32,000 bases of DNA. Source: an uncultured archaeon. Lineage in GTDB: Archaea > Iainarchaeota > Iainarchaeia > Iainarchaeales > DATDZZ01. Every line of letters starts with the position of its first letter. The stretch's first letter is position 1. A program made the translations under genes and the position numbers. Under the pieces are notes generated by a model. The model saw nothing but the letters and a program-made list of their open reading frames with translations, searched no databases and was not told the origin of the DNA. Location of the stretch: contig CAYJVY010000004.1 in the NCBI GenBank assembly GCA_964373795.1, positions 30,001-62,000 of the forward strand, given 5' to 3'. Below are positions 22,548-30,967 of the stretch, one piece after another.

Positions 22548-24353
22548 ATGGAGTTTAAAATGAGTTTACTTGTTTCAGCGAAAAAAAGAATTGCAGTAAT
22601 TGATTACGAGTTATGCAGGCCATTTGAATGCCATCCTCAAGGATATTTTTGTGAAAGGGTTTGCCCAGTTAATAGAACTGGAAAGGCATGCATTTCACAT
22701 GAAGAAGGCAAGCAACCAATTATTTCTGAAGAGCTTTGCATTGGCTGCAAGTTATGCGTTAAATGCCCTTTTAATGCAATTACAATAATTAACTTAGAAT
22801 TCGAACCAGGAGATCCAATTCATCAATACGGAGCAAATTCTTTTCGCTTGTATAGAATTCCTTTTCCAAGAAAGAAATCTATTATTGGATTAATTGGAGT
22901 AAACGGAATTGGAAAAACCACTGCATTAAATATTTTGTCAGGACAATTAACGCCAAATCTTGGAAACTATGAAGAAAAAGCTGATTACAGTAAAGTTATC
23001 CAAAAATTTAAGGGAAAAGAAATTCAAGGATTTTTTGAACAATTAAAAAACAAAGAAGTAAAGGTTTCATTAAAACCTCAACACATTGAATCCTTGTCAA
23101 AATCAGTGAAAGGAAAAGTTAAAGACTTGTTAAAAAAAGTTGACAAAAGAAACAAGTTTGAAGAAGTAGTGAAAGAATTAAATTTAAATGAAATTCTTGA
23201 AAGAGAAGTAAAAGATTTAAGTGGAGGGGAACTTCAAAGACTTGCAATAGCTGCTACTTCAATTAAAAAAGCAGATTTTTATTTTTTTGACGAGCCCACT
23301 TCTTATTTAGATGTAAAAGAAAGACTTAATGCAGCAAAATTTATTCGTTCGCTAGCTGAAGAAGAAAAATCTGTAATGGTTGTAGAACACGATTTAGCTG
23401 TACTAGATTATTTAACTGATTATGTGCACATCTTGCATGGCTTTGAATCAGCTTACGGAGTTGTATCAAACATTAAGCCTTCAAGAAATGGAATAAATGA
23501 ATTCTTGGAAGGATTCATTAAAGATGAAAAACTTAAATTCAGGGCAAAAGAAATAAAGTTTGAAGTTCGCCCTCCTTCTGCAGACGTTAAAAGAAAAACT
23601 TTAATGCAATATCCTTCAATGAGAAAATCTTTTAAAGAATTTTCTTTGGAAGTTCAAGCAGGAGAATTAAAGGAAGGAGAAGTAATAGGAATTTTAGGAG
23701 CAAACGCTATTGGAAAAACTACTTTTGTTAAAATGCTTGCAGGAATTATTGCTCCGGATGAAGGAGAACTTTCTTGGAATGCAAGAATTGCTTTCAAGCC
23801 TCAATACTTGGAAGCAAAAAAAGGAGTTTTAGTTAAAGAATTATTTGAATCAAATGAATTAGATAAAATTTATTTTGAAACAGAATTAAAAGAAAAATTA
23901 AGGATTCGAATGCTGGAAGAAAAAGAATTACAACACTTAAGTGGAGGAGAACTTCAAAGGGTTTCAATTGCTTTTGCTCTTGCAAGGCAATCAGATCTAG
24001 TTTTATTAGACGAGCCTTCAGCTTACTTGGATGTAGAACAAAGGCATTTAGTTGCAAAAGCGATTCGAGTTTTAGCTGAAAAAAAAGACAAATTAGTAAT
24101 GGTTGTAGATCATGATATAATGTTTCAAGACTATGTTTCCGATCGCTTACTAGTATTTGAAGGCCTTCCGGGAATTAAAGGATTTGCAGGACAAGCACTA
24201 GGAAAACGTGAAGGCATGAATAAATTTTTATCGCAATTAGGAGTGACATTTCGCCGCGACCCAGAATCTGGAAGAGCTCGCGCAAACAAACCAGGATCAG
24301 TTTTAGATCAAGAACAAAAACAAAAAGGAGAATACTATTATAATTTAGACTAG
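22548..24353 (+). CDS. abcE1: ABCE1 / RNase L inhibitor-type ribosome-recycling ATPase
   Basis: The N-terminal 4Fe-4S ferredoxin-type cysteine motifs (CPVNRTGKAC, CIGCKLCVKCP) precede two ABC cassettes. The first has GVNGIGKTT, LSGGELQRLAIA and FFDEPTSYLD. The second has GANAIGKTT, LSGGELQRVSIA and LLDEPSAYLD. Confidence 0.93.
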   Translation: MEFKMSLLVSAKKRIAVIDYELCRPFECHPQGYFCERVCPVNRTGKACISHEEGKQPIISEELCIGCKLCVKCPFNAITIINLEFEPGDPIHQYGANSFRLYRIPFPRKKSIIGLIGVNGIGKTTALNILSGQLTPNLGNYEEKADYSKVIQKFKGKEIQGFFEQLKNKEVKVSLKPQHIESLSKSVKGKVKDLLKKVDKRNKFEEVVKELNLNEILEREVKDLSGGELQRLAIAATSIKKADFYFFDEPTSYLDVKERLNAAKFIRSLAEEEKSVMVVEHDLAVLDYLTDYVHILHGFESAYGVVSNIKPSRNGINEFLEGFIKDEKLKFRAKEIKFEVRPPSADVKRKTLMQYPSMRKSFKEFSLEVQAGELKEGEVIGILGANAIGKTTFVKMLAGIIAPDEGELSWNARIAFKPQYLEAKKGVLVKELFESNELDKIYFETELKEKLRIRMLEEKELQHLSGGELQRVSIAFALARQSDLVLLDEPSAYLDVEQRHLVAKAIRVLAEKKDKLVMVVDHDIMFQDYVSDRLLVFEGLPGIKGFAGQALGKREGMNKFLSQLGVTFRRDPESGRARANKPGSVLDQEQKQKGEYYYNLD

Positions 24354-24376
24354 CCAATTGACAAAAAAATGAGAAC

Positions 24377-25864
24377 ATGATTGAAACAAAAAGAATTTTA
24401 GAAGAGTATTCTGTGAAACCGCCTTTTATTCATAAGGGTTTTCATGCACATTTTTATCCAATTGATTTTGTTCAACTAATTTGGAATAAATGGGGAGACT
24501 ATTCAGGTTTTTATTACAAGCTACATATTTCTGCTCTTCACAACGAGTATTGGGATTTATATTATTTTCCTGAAGAATTTACTGCACTTAGAAAACACTA
24601 TTTTGAAAAACTTGCAAAAAACAAAAACTATTTGAAAAAGCATTACAGAGATTGGAAAAATTATTGCAAAAAATTAGATAAAAAAATTATGAAATTAGAA
24701 AAAGCTATTCAAAAAAACAGTTTTGAAAAAATTTTACACTCTTATAAAATTTTTGTTAAAGAATACTTATTTGAATACGCTTTGGCCGCCCCAATTCAAG
24801 AAGCATGCGGATTCCAACCAGAGCAATGGATTAATCCAGAAATACAACAATACTGTGAAGAAAATTCCTTGAAATACAACCAAACACTGTCAATACTAAC
24901 TTCCCCTATTGTTAATTCTTTTATCACACAAGAAGAAATTGATTTACTGAAAATATCTATAGCCATAAAAGAAGGAAGGCAAGTTGACAAATTAGTAGAA
25001 AAACATGTAATGAAATGGTTTTGGGTTAAAAACAATTATGCAGACATTAAAGAACTTGATTCACTTTTCTTCAAAGAAAGAATTTCAGAATTAAAAAAAC
25101 ATTCAATAAAAGAGCTGCAAGCAAAAATAAAAGAATTAGAAGCGGCTCCAGAAAAAACTACAAGAAGGAAAAATAAGTTGTTCGAAAAATTTCCATTGCC
25201 AAAAAAGTTAAAGCTATTTGTTAAACTAACAGAGGTTTTCTCTGAAATGCAAGATGTTAGAAAATCATATGTATTAAAGGCAAATCATTATCACAAAATG
25301 TTTCTTCAAACAGTATGCAAAAAATTCTTGCAACCACTTGAATCATTATTTTATTACTCTTATTATGAGTTAATTAACTCAATAAAGACAGAGTCATTTT
25401 TGTCAAATGAGGAACTAAAAAAAAGAAAAGAATTTATTGTTTCTGTTGAAAGCAAAAAAGAAAAAATAATTCTATCAGGAGAAGAGGCTAAATATTTTTA
25501 CAATCATTTGCAAGAAAACATAGAATCAGTTGAAAGTTTTAAAGGAACTATTGCAAATCTAGGCAAAGCTGTAGGCATTGTAAAAATTGTTTTAAAAAGC
25601 CAGGATATTGAAAAAGTTTGTGAAGGGGACATTCTTGTTTCATCTATGACTAGGCCTGAAATGACTCCTGCAATGAAAAAAGCAGCAGCCTTTGTTACGG
25701 ATGAAGGAGGCATTACTAGTCATGCTGCAATAGTTGCACGCGAATTGAAAAAACCTTGCATTATTGGCACAAAAATTGCAACAAAAATACTCAAAGATGG
25801 AGACAAAGTGGAAGTGGACGCAGTAAAAGGAATTGTAAAAAAACTACAGGAACCTTTGTTTTAA
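24377..25864 (+). CDS. Protein with a C-terminal PEP-utilising-enzyme mobile domain (phosphohistidine swivel) and an uncharacterised N-terminal region
   Basis: The C-terminus GDILVSSMTRPEMTPAMKKAAAFVTDEGGITSHAAIVARELKKPCIIGT is the PPDK/PEP synthase swivelling domain with the catalytic His. The N-terminal ~390 aa have no recognised motifs. Confidence 0.75.
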   Translation: MIETKRILEEYSVKPPFIHKGFHAHFYPIDFVQLIWNKWGDYSGFYYKLHISALHNEYWDLYYFPEEFTALRKHYFEKLAKNKNYLKKHYRDWKNYCKKLDKKIMKLEKAIQKNSFEKILHSYKIFVKEYLFEYALAAPIQEACGFQPEQWINPEIQQYCEENSLKYNQTLSILTSPIVNSFITQEEIDLLKISIAIKEGRQVDKLVEKHVMKWFWVKNNYADIKELDSLFFKERISELKKHSIKELQAKIKELEAAPEKTTRRKNKLFEKFPLPKKLKLFVKLTEVFSEMQDVRKSYVLKANHYHKMFLQTVCKKFLQPLESLFYYSYYELINSIKTESFLSNEELKKRKEFIVSVESKKEKIILSGEEAKYFYNHLQENIESVESFKGTIANLGKAVGIVKIVLKSQDIEKVCEGDILVSSMTRPEMTPAMKKAAAFVTDEGGITSHAAIVARELKKPCIIGTKIATKILKDGDKVEVDAVKGIVKKLQEPLF

Positions 25865-25887
25865 ACTTTTCTGAATGAAATTCTTTT

Positions 25888-27336
25888 ATGTGTGGAATAA
25901 TTGGATTGCATTCAAGTTTAGGGGAAAACGTTTTCTCAGAATTAGTGGATGGATTGTTTCAATTAAAGCATCGCGGGAACGACTCTTTCGGAATTGCAGT
26001 GAAAAGCGACGCAGTGAAAGTGAAAAGAGTTAGAGAACTGCAAAACAAGTTCATTAAAGGCTTTCAAGGAATTGCCCATAATAGATTGGCAATTACTGGA
26101 CATGGCTTGCAACCATTTGTTGATGAAAAAACTGGAATTCAATTAGTGCATAATGGAGAAATATATAACTTTAAAGAATTAAAAGAAGAATTAAAAGAAT
26201 TTAATTTTTCTTCGGATACTGATTCAGAAGTAATACTGGCATTTCTGTCAAATGAATTAAAAAAAGGAAATCCAATTGAAAAAGCTGTGTTTGAATTCAT
26301 GAAAAAAGCAAATGGGGTTTATGCAGTGCTTTTTTTATTTAATGAATCAATTTATGCATTTCGAGACATTATTGGAGAAAAACCGTTATGGTTCGGATCA
26401 AATAACGCATTTACTGGAATTTGTTCAGAACCAAAGCCTTTAAGAAAATGGAATATTAATTTTCCCCAGCCTTTATTGCCTGGACACTTGTTAAAAGTTA
26501 ACGACAAAGTCGAAGTTAAAAAAATATTTAATTTAATGGATTTCAAAAACCTGGTGCCTAAAACTTCTTCTCTTGAAAAATTAAAAAACTCCTTGCTTGA
26601 CTCGGTTGCATTTCGTTGCAGAGAATTAAATCAAGTGGGAGTGTTTTTTTCTGCGGGAATTGATTCAACTTTAATTGCAAAGCTTGTTTCACATAAAGTT
26701 GAAAACACTAAATTAATTACTGTGGGATTAAAAGATTCTGAAGACGCTAAATTAAGTGAAAAAATTGCAAAAGAATTAGGCTTGGATTTAAGTTTAAGAC
26801 TGGTAGAAAAAAATGAATTGCCTTTTTATGTGAATAAAACTTTAGAACACTTGCCTTTCTTCGATCAACTTCAACTTCAAATAGGAGTAGTGGAACTAAT
26901 TGCTTCAGAGCAAGCAAAAAAAGAAAACATTAAAGTAGTTTTTTCAGGACAAGGATCTGATGAAGTTTTTTGTGGTTACAGTAACTTTAAAGATGTTTTA
27001 AAATCAAAAGGCTTTAATGGAGTGCAAGAAGAGATTTGGAATTCATTGGAAAATATTTGGAATAGAAACTTAATTAGAGAAGATTTAATGGCAATGGCTA
27101 ACACAATTGAATTACGCTTGCCTTTCCTTGATTTAGAGTTTTTAAAACATGCAATGACTTTACCAGTAAAAGAAAAAATTTTATCAGAAAAAGACGAGTT
27201 AAGAAAACATGTTTTAAGAAAATTAGGAAAAGAGATTGGATTGCCTCAAGAGGTATTGGATAGAAAAAAGAAAGCATTACAGTATGGTTCTGGAATTGGA
27301 AAAGAAGTGTTAAAACTATTTTCAAAACCAAATTAA
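25888..27336 (+). CDS. asnB: Asparagine synthase (glutamine-hydrolysing) family protein
   Basis: The N-terminal Ntn glutaminase has MCGIIG, HRGNDSFG, HNGEIYNF and SDTDSEVIL. The PP-loop is FFSAGIDSTLIA. Confidence 0.85.
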   Translation: MCGIIGLHSSLGENVFSELVDGLFQLKHRGNDSFGIAVKSDAVKVKRVRELQNKFIKGFQGIAHNRLAITGHGLQPFVDEKTGIQLVHNGEIYNFKELKEELKEFNFSSDTDSEVILAFLSNELKKGNPIEKAVFEFMKKANGVYAVLFLFNESIYAFRDIIGEKPLWFGSNNAFTGICSEPKPLRKWNINFPQPLLPGHLLKVNDKVEVKKIFNLMDFKNLVPKTSSLEKLKNSLLDSVAFRCRELNQVGVFFSAGIDSTLIAKLVSHKVENTKLITVGLKDSEDAKLSEKIAKELGLDLSLRLVEKNELPFYVNKTLEHLPFFDQLQLQIGVVELIASEQAKKENIKVVFSGQGSDEVFCGYSNFKDVLKSKGFNGVQEEIWNSLENIWNRNLIREDLMAMANTIELRLPFLDLEFLKHAMTLPVKEKILSEKDELRKHVLRKLGKEIGLPQEVLDRKKKALQYGSGIGKEVLKLFSKPN

Positions 27337-27338
27337 TT

Positions 27339-27893
27339 TTAAGCATTTGATTTATTTACGTCAACCAAATTAGAGTGAACATCAACTACTATTACTTCAC
27401 ATCCGCTTGCATGACCTGCATTTAATTGAATTTGTTTTTTTAATGGAAACACTCCTTGGGTTTTAGCTGAATAAGTTGTTTCTCCAGCGCTTCGAGAAAC
27501 GGTTTTATCGCAAACCATTTTAACTTCAAACTCTGAATCACTTGCAACAACTCCATTAATTATTGAATCACATGAAACACCTGTTTCATTTTTAATAAAT
27601 AATTCTAGTTCATCAAACTTTTTTTGAACTATTGCAGTTAAATCCAATCCAATTGCGTCACAGTTCCTTGTTGTTCGAAAATTTTCAATTACCTTTTCAG
27701 CAATTACATTACTTGAAGTTTTATCTAATAAAAATCTTGTTTTATCGAAAGTTCTTTTCACATCGCCTGCAACCTTTAAAGTTATTTGGCCTTTAACTGA
27801 ATCAGTTTTAGTTATTGCAGTAAAAGAACTAGCTACAACTAAAATAAAAACCATTAAAGCAATTAATGCAGTATAAGATCCTTTTGAATTCAT
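27339..27893 (-). CDS. Type IV pilin-like protein (class III signal peptide)
   Basis: From the ATG at 27893 the product starts MNSKG/SYTALIALMVFILVVASSF, that is, KG followed by a ~20-aa hydrophobic helix. The body has 4 Cys. The ATG lies 2 nt after the upstream gene's stop. The track's TTG start at 27911 is less likely. Confidence 0.7.
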   Translation of the reverse strand: MNSKGSYTALIALMVFILVVASSFTAITKTDSVKGQITLKVAGDVKRTFDKTRFLLDKTSSNVIAEKVIENFRTTRNCDAIGLDLTAIVQKKFDELELFIKNETGVSCDSIINGVVASDSEFEVKMVCDKTVSRSAGETTYSAKTQGVFPLKKQIQLNAGHASGCEVIVVDVHSNLVDVNKSNA

Positions 27894-27895
27894 TT

Positions 27896-28198
27896 TCAAG
27901 CCTCTGAACAAAACCTCTTAGTTGAAATACTTCCTGATTGTAAAATAAATATTTCTTCACATAAAACAAATCTCGAATCATTTGAAGACTTTGACTCAGT
28001 TAACCCCAATTGAGTAGCTGTTTGTCCATGATAAAATCCATTAAAAGATGCATCTGTTACTTTGAAACGCATCAATTCTTGTCCTTGAACTGCTCCTGAA
28101 GCGCTTTGAAAGTGAATTGAATAAATTGAAATAGTTGCTACAACAATTAAAGACAAAGCAAATAAAACATCTATACTAAAAATAAATCCTTTTCTCAT
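27896..28198 (-). CDS. Type IV pilin-like protein (class III signal peptide)
   Basis: MRKG/FIFSIDVLFALSLIVVATISIY has a basic N-terminus, Gly at -1, an acidic residue at +6 and a hydrophobic helix. Confidence 0.7.
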   Translation of the reverse strand: MRKGFIFSIDVLFALSLIVVATISIYSIHFQSASGAVQGQELMRFKVTDASFNGFYHGQTATQLGLTESKSSNDSRFVLCEEIFILQSGSISTKRFCSEA

Positions 28199-28202
28199 TA
28201 AA

Positions 28203-28721
28203 TCACTTCCAAATCACTATATCTAAGTTTGTTGAAGGATGGCTACAAGAGGAATTTCCGTCAATGCAAATCTGCAACTCTGACTTAAAAATATTTCCAG
28301 TTGAGGTAATAACTTTTCTTTGAATTGAAAAAAATTCTTTAAACGTTGAAGGAATTACTTCATTACAGCCAGACAAATTTGCCCCACTTAAAGAAATATT
28401 ACATTTAAACGTAGAAGGAATTCCTAAAGAATTTTTATTTGCAATTCCTGCGTTTCCAAATTTTTGTAAATCAATGCAATGAGATAAAAAAAATCCTTTC
28501 AATGCATTTCCATTTACATCTTTTACTTGACAGGAAACTAATTCACTTAACAATAAAGTTTCTGAAGCATTTTCTCCTAAAGAAGAAATAACTAGTTTTG
28601 CTTGAGACTCTTTTGCGTCAACTGAATTTAATTCAAATGCTTGTAACACTAATCCAATTGCAAAAAAAACTAATACTGCTGACAACAAAAAATCTAATGA
28701 AATTATTTGCCCTTTCTGCAT
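28203..28721 (-). CDS. Type IV pilin-like protein (class III signal peptide)
   Basis: MQKG/QIISLDFLLSAVLVFFAIGLVL resembles the QxSxD/E motif of euryarchaeal pilins. The mature part has 6 Cys. Confidence 0.72.
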   Translation of the reverse strand: MQKGQIISLDFLLSAVLVFFAIGLVLQAFELNSVDAKESQAKLVISSLGENASETLLLSELVSCQVKDVNGNALKGFFLSHCIDLQKFGNAGIANKNSLGIPSTFKCNISLSGANLSGCNEVIPSTFKEFFSIQRKVITSTGNIFKSELQICIDGNSSCSHPSTNLDIVIWK

Positions 28722-28733
28722 TTTAAAACCTTT

Positions 28734-29159
28734 TTAACATTCAATTGAAAGCTTTTCTCCACATTTAACTTCAATGCTTTGAGTTGAATTAAATTCAGGA
28801 ATACTTAATTCAACTGATTCATTTAAACCATTCTTCATTAAATGATTTACAACTATTTTCTTGTTATTTGATTCATTTACTTTTACAGTGCAATCACTTT
28901 TTCCTCCAATTTCGTGAATTAAAGGTAAAACTGTTTGAATTGACGGTTTAACTGAAGTAGAAGAATTTTGCAATAAATTGCATGCATTAATTGAATCTTT
29001 TACTTGAATAGCCATAGTCATTGCTTGATCTCTAACAATTACCTTGTTTTGATTTTCAAGTAAATCGCTTGTAAAAGCTGACATGAATTGAAGAAAAACC
29101 ATCAAAGCAATTAAGGAAAAAATTAAGTCAAAACTTATTTGTCCTTTACATTTATTCAT
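28734..29159 (-). CDS. Type IV pilin-like protein (class III signal peptide)
   Basis: MNKCKG/QISFDLIFSLIALMVFL has an acidic residue at +5 followed by a hydrophobic helix. The mature part has 4 Cys. Confidence 0.72.
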   Translation of the reverse strand: MNKCKGQISFDLIFSLIALMVFLQFMSAFTSDLLENQNKVIVRDQAMTMAIQVKDSINACNLLQNSSTSVKPSIQTVLPLIHEIGGKSDCTVKVNESNNKKIVVNHLMKNGLNESVELSIPEFNSTQSIEVKCGEKLSIEC

Positions 29160-29186
29160 TAAATCACTTATAATTGAATTGTTTAA

Positions 29187-30485
29187 TTAATTTTTGCCTT
29201 CTTTTTCAAGTTTGTCAAGTAAAGACATTACTTGAACTCCTTTTAAAACTTTTAAAGAACCATAGTTAAATTCCGAGAAAACTTTTTCTGAATCTGCTTT
29301 AATTCCTCTTCCTCTTAAAAGAATTGGCACTGGATCAGCTGAATGATTTTTTAATTCACAAGGAGTTGAATGATCTCCTGTAACTATAATTCGGTCATTG
29401 TTTAAATCCATTTCCTTCACAATCCATGAAAAAAAATCTTTATCAAGCAATTCAAGCATTTTAATTTTTTCTTCCACATATCCGTCGTGTCCACAAATAT
29501 CTACTTCTTTGAAATGCACGTAAAAACCATTAACTGAATTCCTTGATTTTTGAATAACTTTTTTTGCATTAATTATTTCTGTTTCAAGTTTTTTAAACAA
29601 GTTTTCATAAACTGATTCATTTTTCTGAATCTCTGGATAAGTAAAGGATTTAACCTTCATGCCACTTAACCCTGATAAAGCAATCTCTAGAGGCATTCCA
29701 GCAATTCCAATCCAATTATTTCTCTTCATTTCCTCAGGAAATTCAGGAATTTTTTCCCCTGCATCTCTTAACAAAACATAATTCGCTTTTGGCAAGCCTT
29801 GTAAAACTCTTTCAGCATTTGTTTTGCTTTCATTTAAAACCTTAAAAGCTTGTCTTGAAAATTCGTTAACTAATTCAGCTGAATACCTTGCTTCAATAGA
29901 ATTATCTAATGCAATGCATTCAGCTAATTCTTTTTTTGGATTTGCATTTACAACTCCTAATCCTTGAATTCTTTCATAAGCAGGATCAGTATTAGAAATA
30001 TTTGAAGACAAATTTTTTCCCTTCTTAATTATTAATACTCCTCTATGTTCAATTGTGTGAACAAATTCAAATTTTTCTTTTAACTTAATTTTTGAATTCA
30101 TTTCCTTTGAAAGCTTTCTTCCTTGAACAGTTGTAAGAACTCTTCCAACTCTTCTATCAATAACTATTTTGCAATTTTCATCAACTGTTGCAAAATTTGC
30201 TCTTAAAGCAAGGTCTCCATTTTTATATTCTGCTTTACAACCAATTGATTCTAATGGCCCTCTTCCTGTGTGATGCTTAAATGGATCAAATCCAAGCAAA
30301 GCAGTTACAGCTACATCTGATTCAGGAGCAATATCTTCTCTAACAGTTATAACTCTTCCATTAACTCCTTTACAAGCTAATTCATCTAAAGCAGGAGTAA
30401 AAGCTTTTTCCAAAGGAGTTTTATTTCCAATCGAGGAAATTTTTCTATCCCCTAATCCATCAATTATTACAAAAATGTTTACCAT
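29187..30485 (-). CDS. apgM: Cofactor-independent phosphoglycerate mutase, archaeal ApgM type (alkaline-phosphatase superfamily)
   Basis: IIDGLGD is at the N-terminus. DICGHDG and TGDHSTP are metal-binding motifs. The length is 432 aa. Confidence 0.85.
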   Translation of the reverse strand: MVNIFVIIDGLGDRKISSIGNKTPLEKAFTPALDELACKGVNGRVITVREDIAPESDVAVTALLGFDPFKHHTGRGPLESIGCKAEYKNGDLALRANFATVDENCKIVIDRRVGRVLTTVQGRKLSKEMNSKIKLKEKFEFVHTIEHRGVLIIKKGKNLSSNISNTDPAYERIQGLGVVNANPKKELAECIALDNSIEARYSAELVNEFSRQAFKVLNESKTNAERVLQGLPKANYVLLRDAGEKIPEFPEEMKRNNWIGIAGMPLEIALSGLSGMKVKSFTYPEIQKNESVYENLFKKLETEIINAKKVIQKSRNSVNGFYVHFKEVDICGHDGYVEEKIKMLELLDKDFFSWIVKEMDLNNDRIIVTGDHSTPCELKNHSADPVPILLRGRGIKADSEKVFSEFNYGSLKVLKGVQVMSLLDKLEKEGKN

Positions 30486-30542
30486 TTACTTAAACAAAAA
30501 AGAAAATTGTTTAAATAGTTAATTACAAAGCATTTTTCGAGT

Positions 30543-30908
30543 TTAAATAAGTTCGTACTTTAATTCAGTTCCCTTTGCATTCATTACTCTAAAAGAATTA
30601 TCAGTAAAAGGAAAAGCAATAATAATGTGAATTACTCCTAATCTTGAAAATAAATTCAAATCAGCATTTGAAGGAAGATTAATATAACTTGGATGAGAAT
30701 GAATTGATCCAATAATTGTTGAATCAAAAGGCATTAAATCCAATCTAATAGAAGAAAAATCCTCTCCAAAAGTTGCTGGCAAAACAACTAATTCTTCAAC
30801 TATTTTTTGATCTTCTTTTCCTCCTAATAATGAAATAAATTCATTTGGGTAAACACTTTTAGAAGCAGTTTTAATTGATTCAAATAAAGATTTTTTAATT
30901 TTCCACAT
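30543..30908 (-). CDS. JAB1/MPN/Mov34 (JAMM) metalloprotease domain protein
   Basis: NEFISLLGG contains the upstream Glu, and GSIHSHPSYINLPSNADL is the JAMM HxHx(n)SxxD motif. The length is 121 aa. Confidence 0.8.
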   Translation of the reverse strand: MWKIKKSLFESIKTASKSVYPNEFISLLGGKEDQKIVEELVVLPATFGEDFSSIRLDLMPFDSTIIGSIHSHPSYINLPSNADLNLFSRLGVIHIIIAFPFTDNSFRVMNAKGTELKYELI

Positions 30909-30967
30909 TTTCTCACTAACTCAAATTAATGCAATATTCTTAAATAAATTGATTCAAGGTTTTTCTA

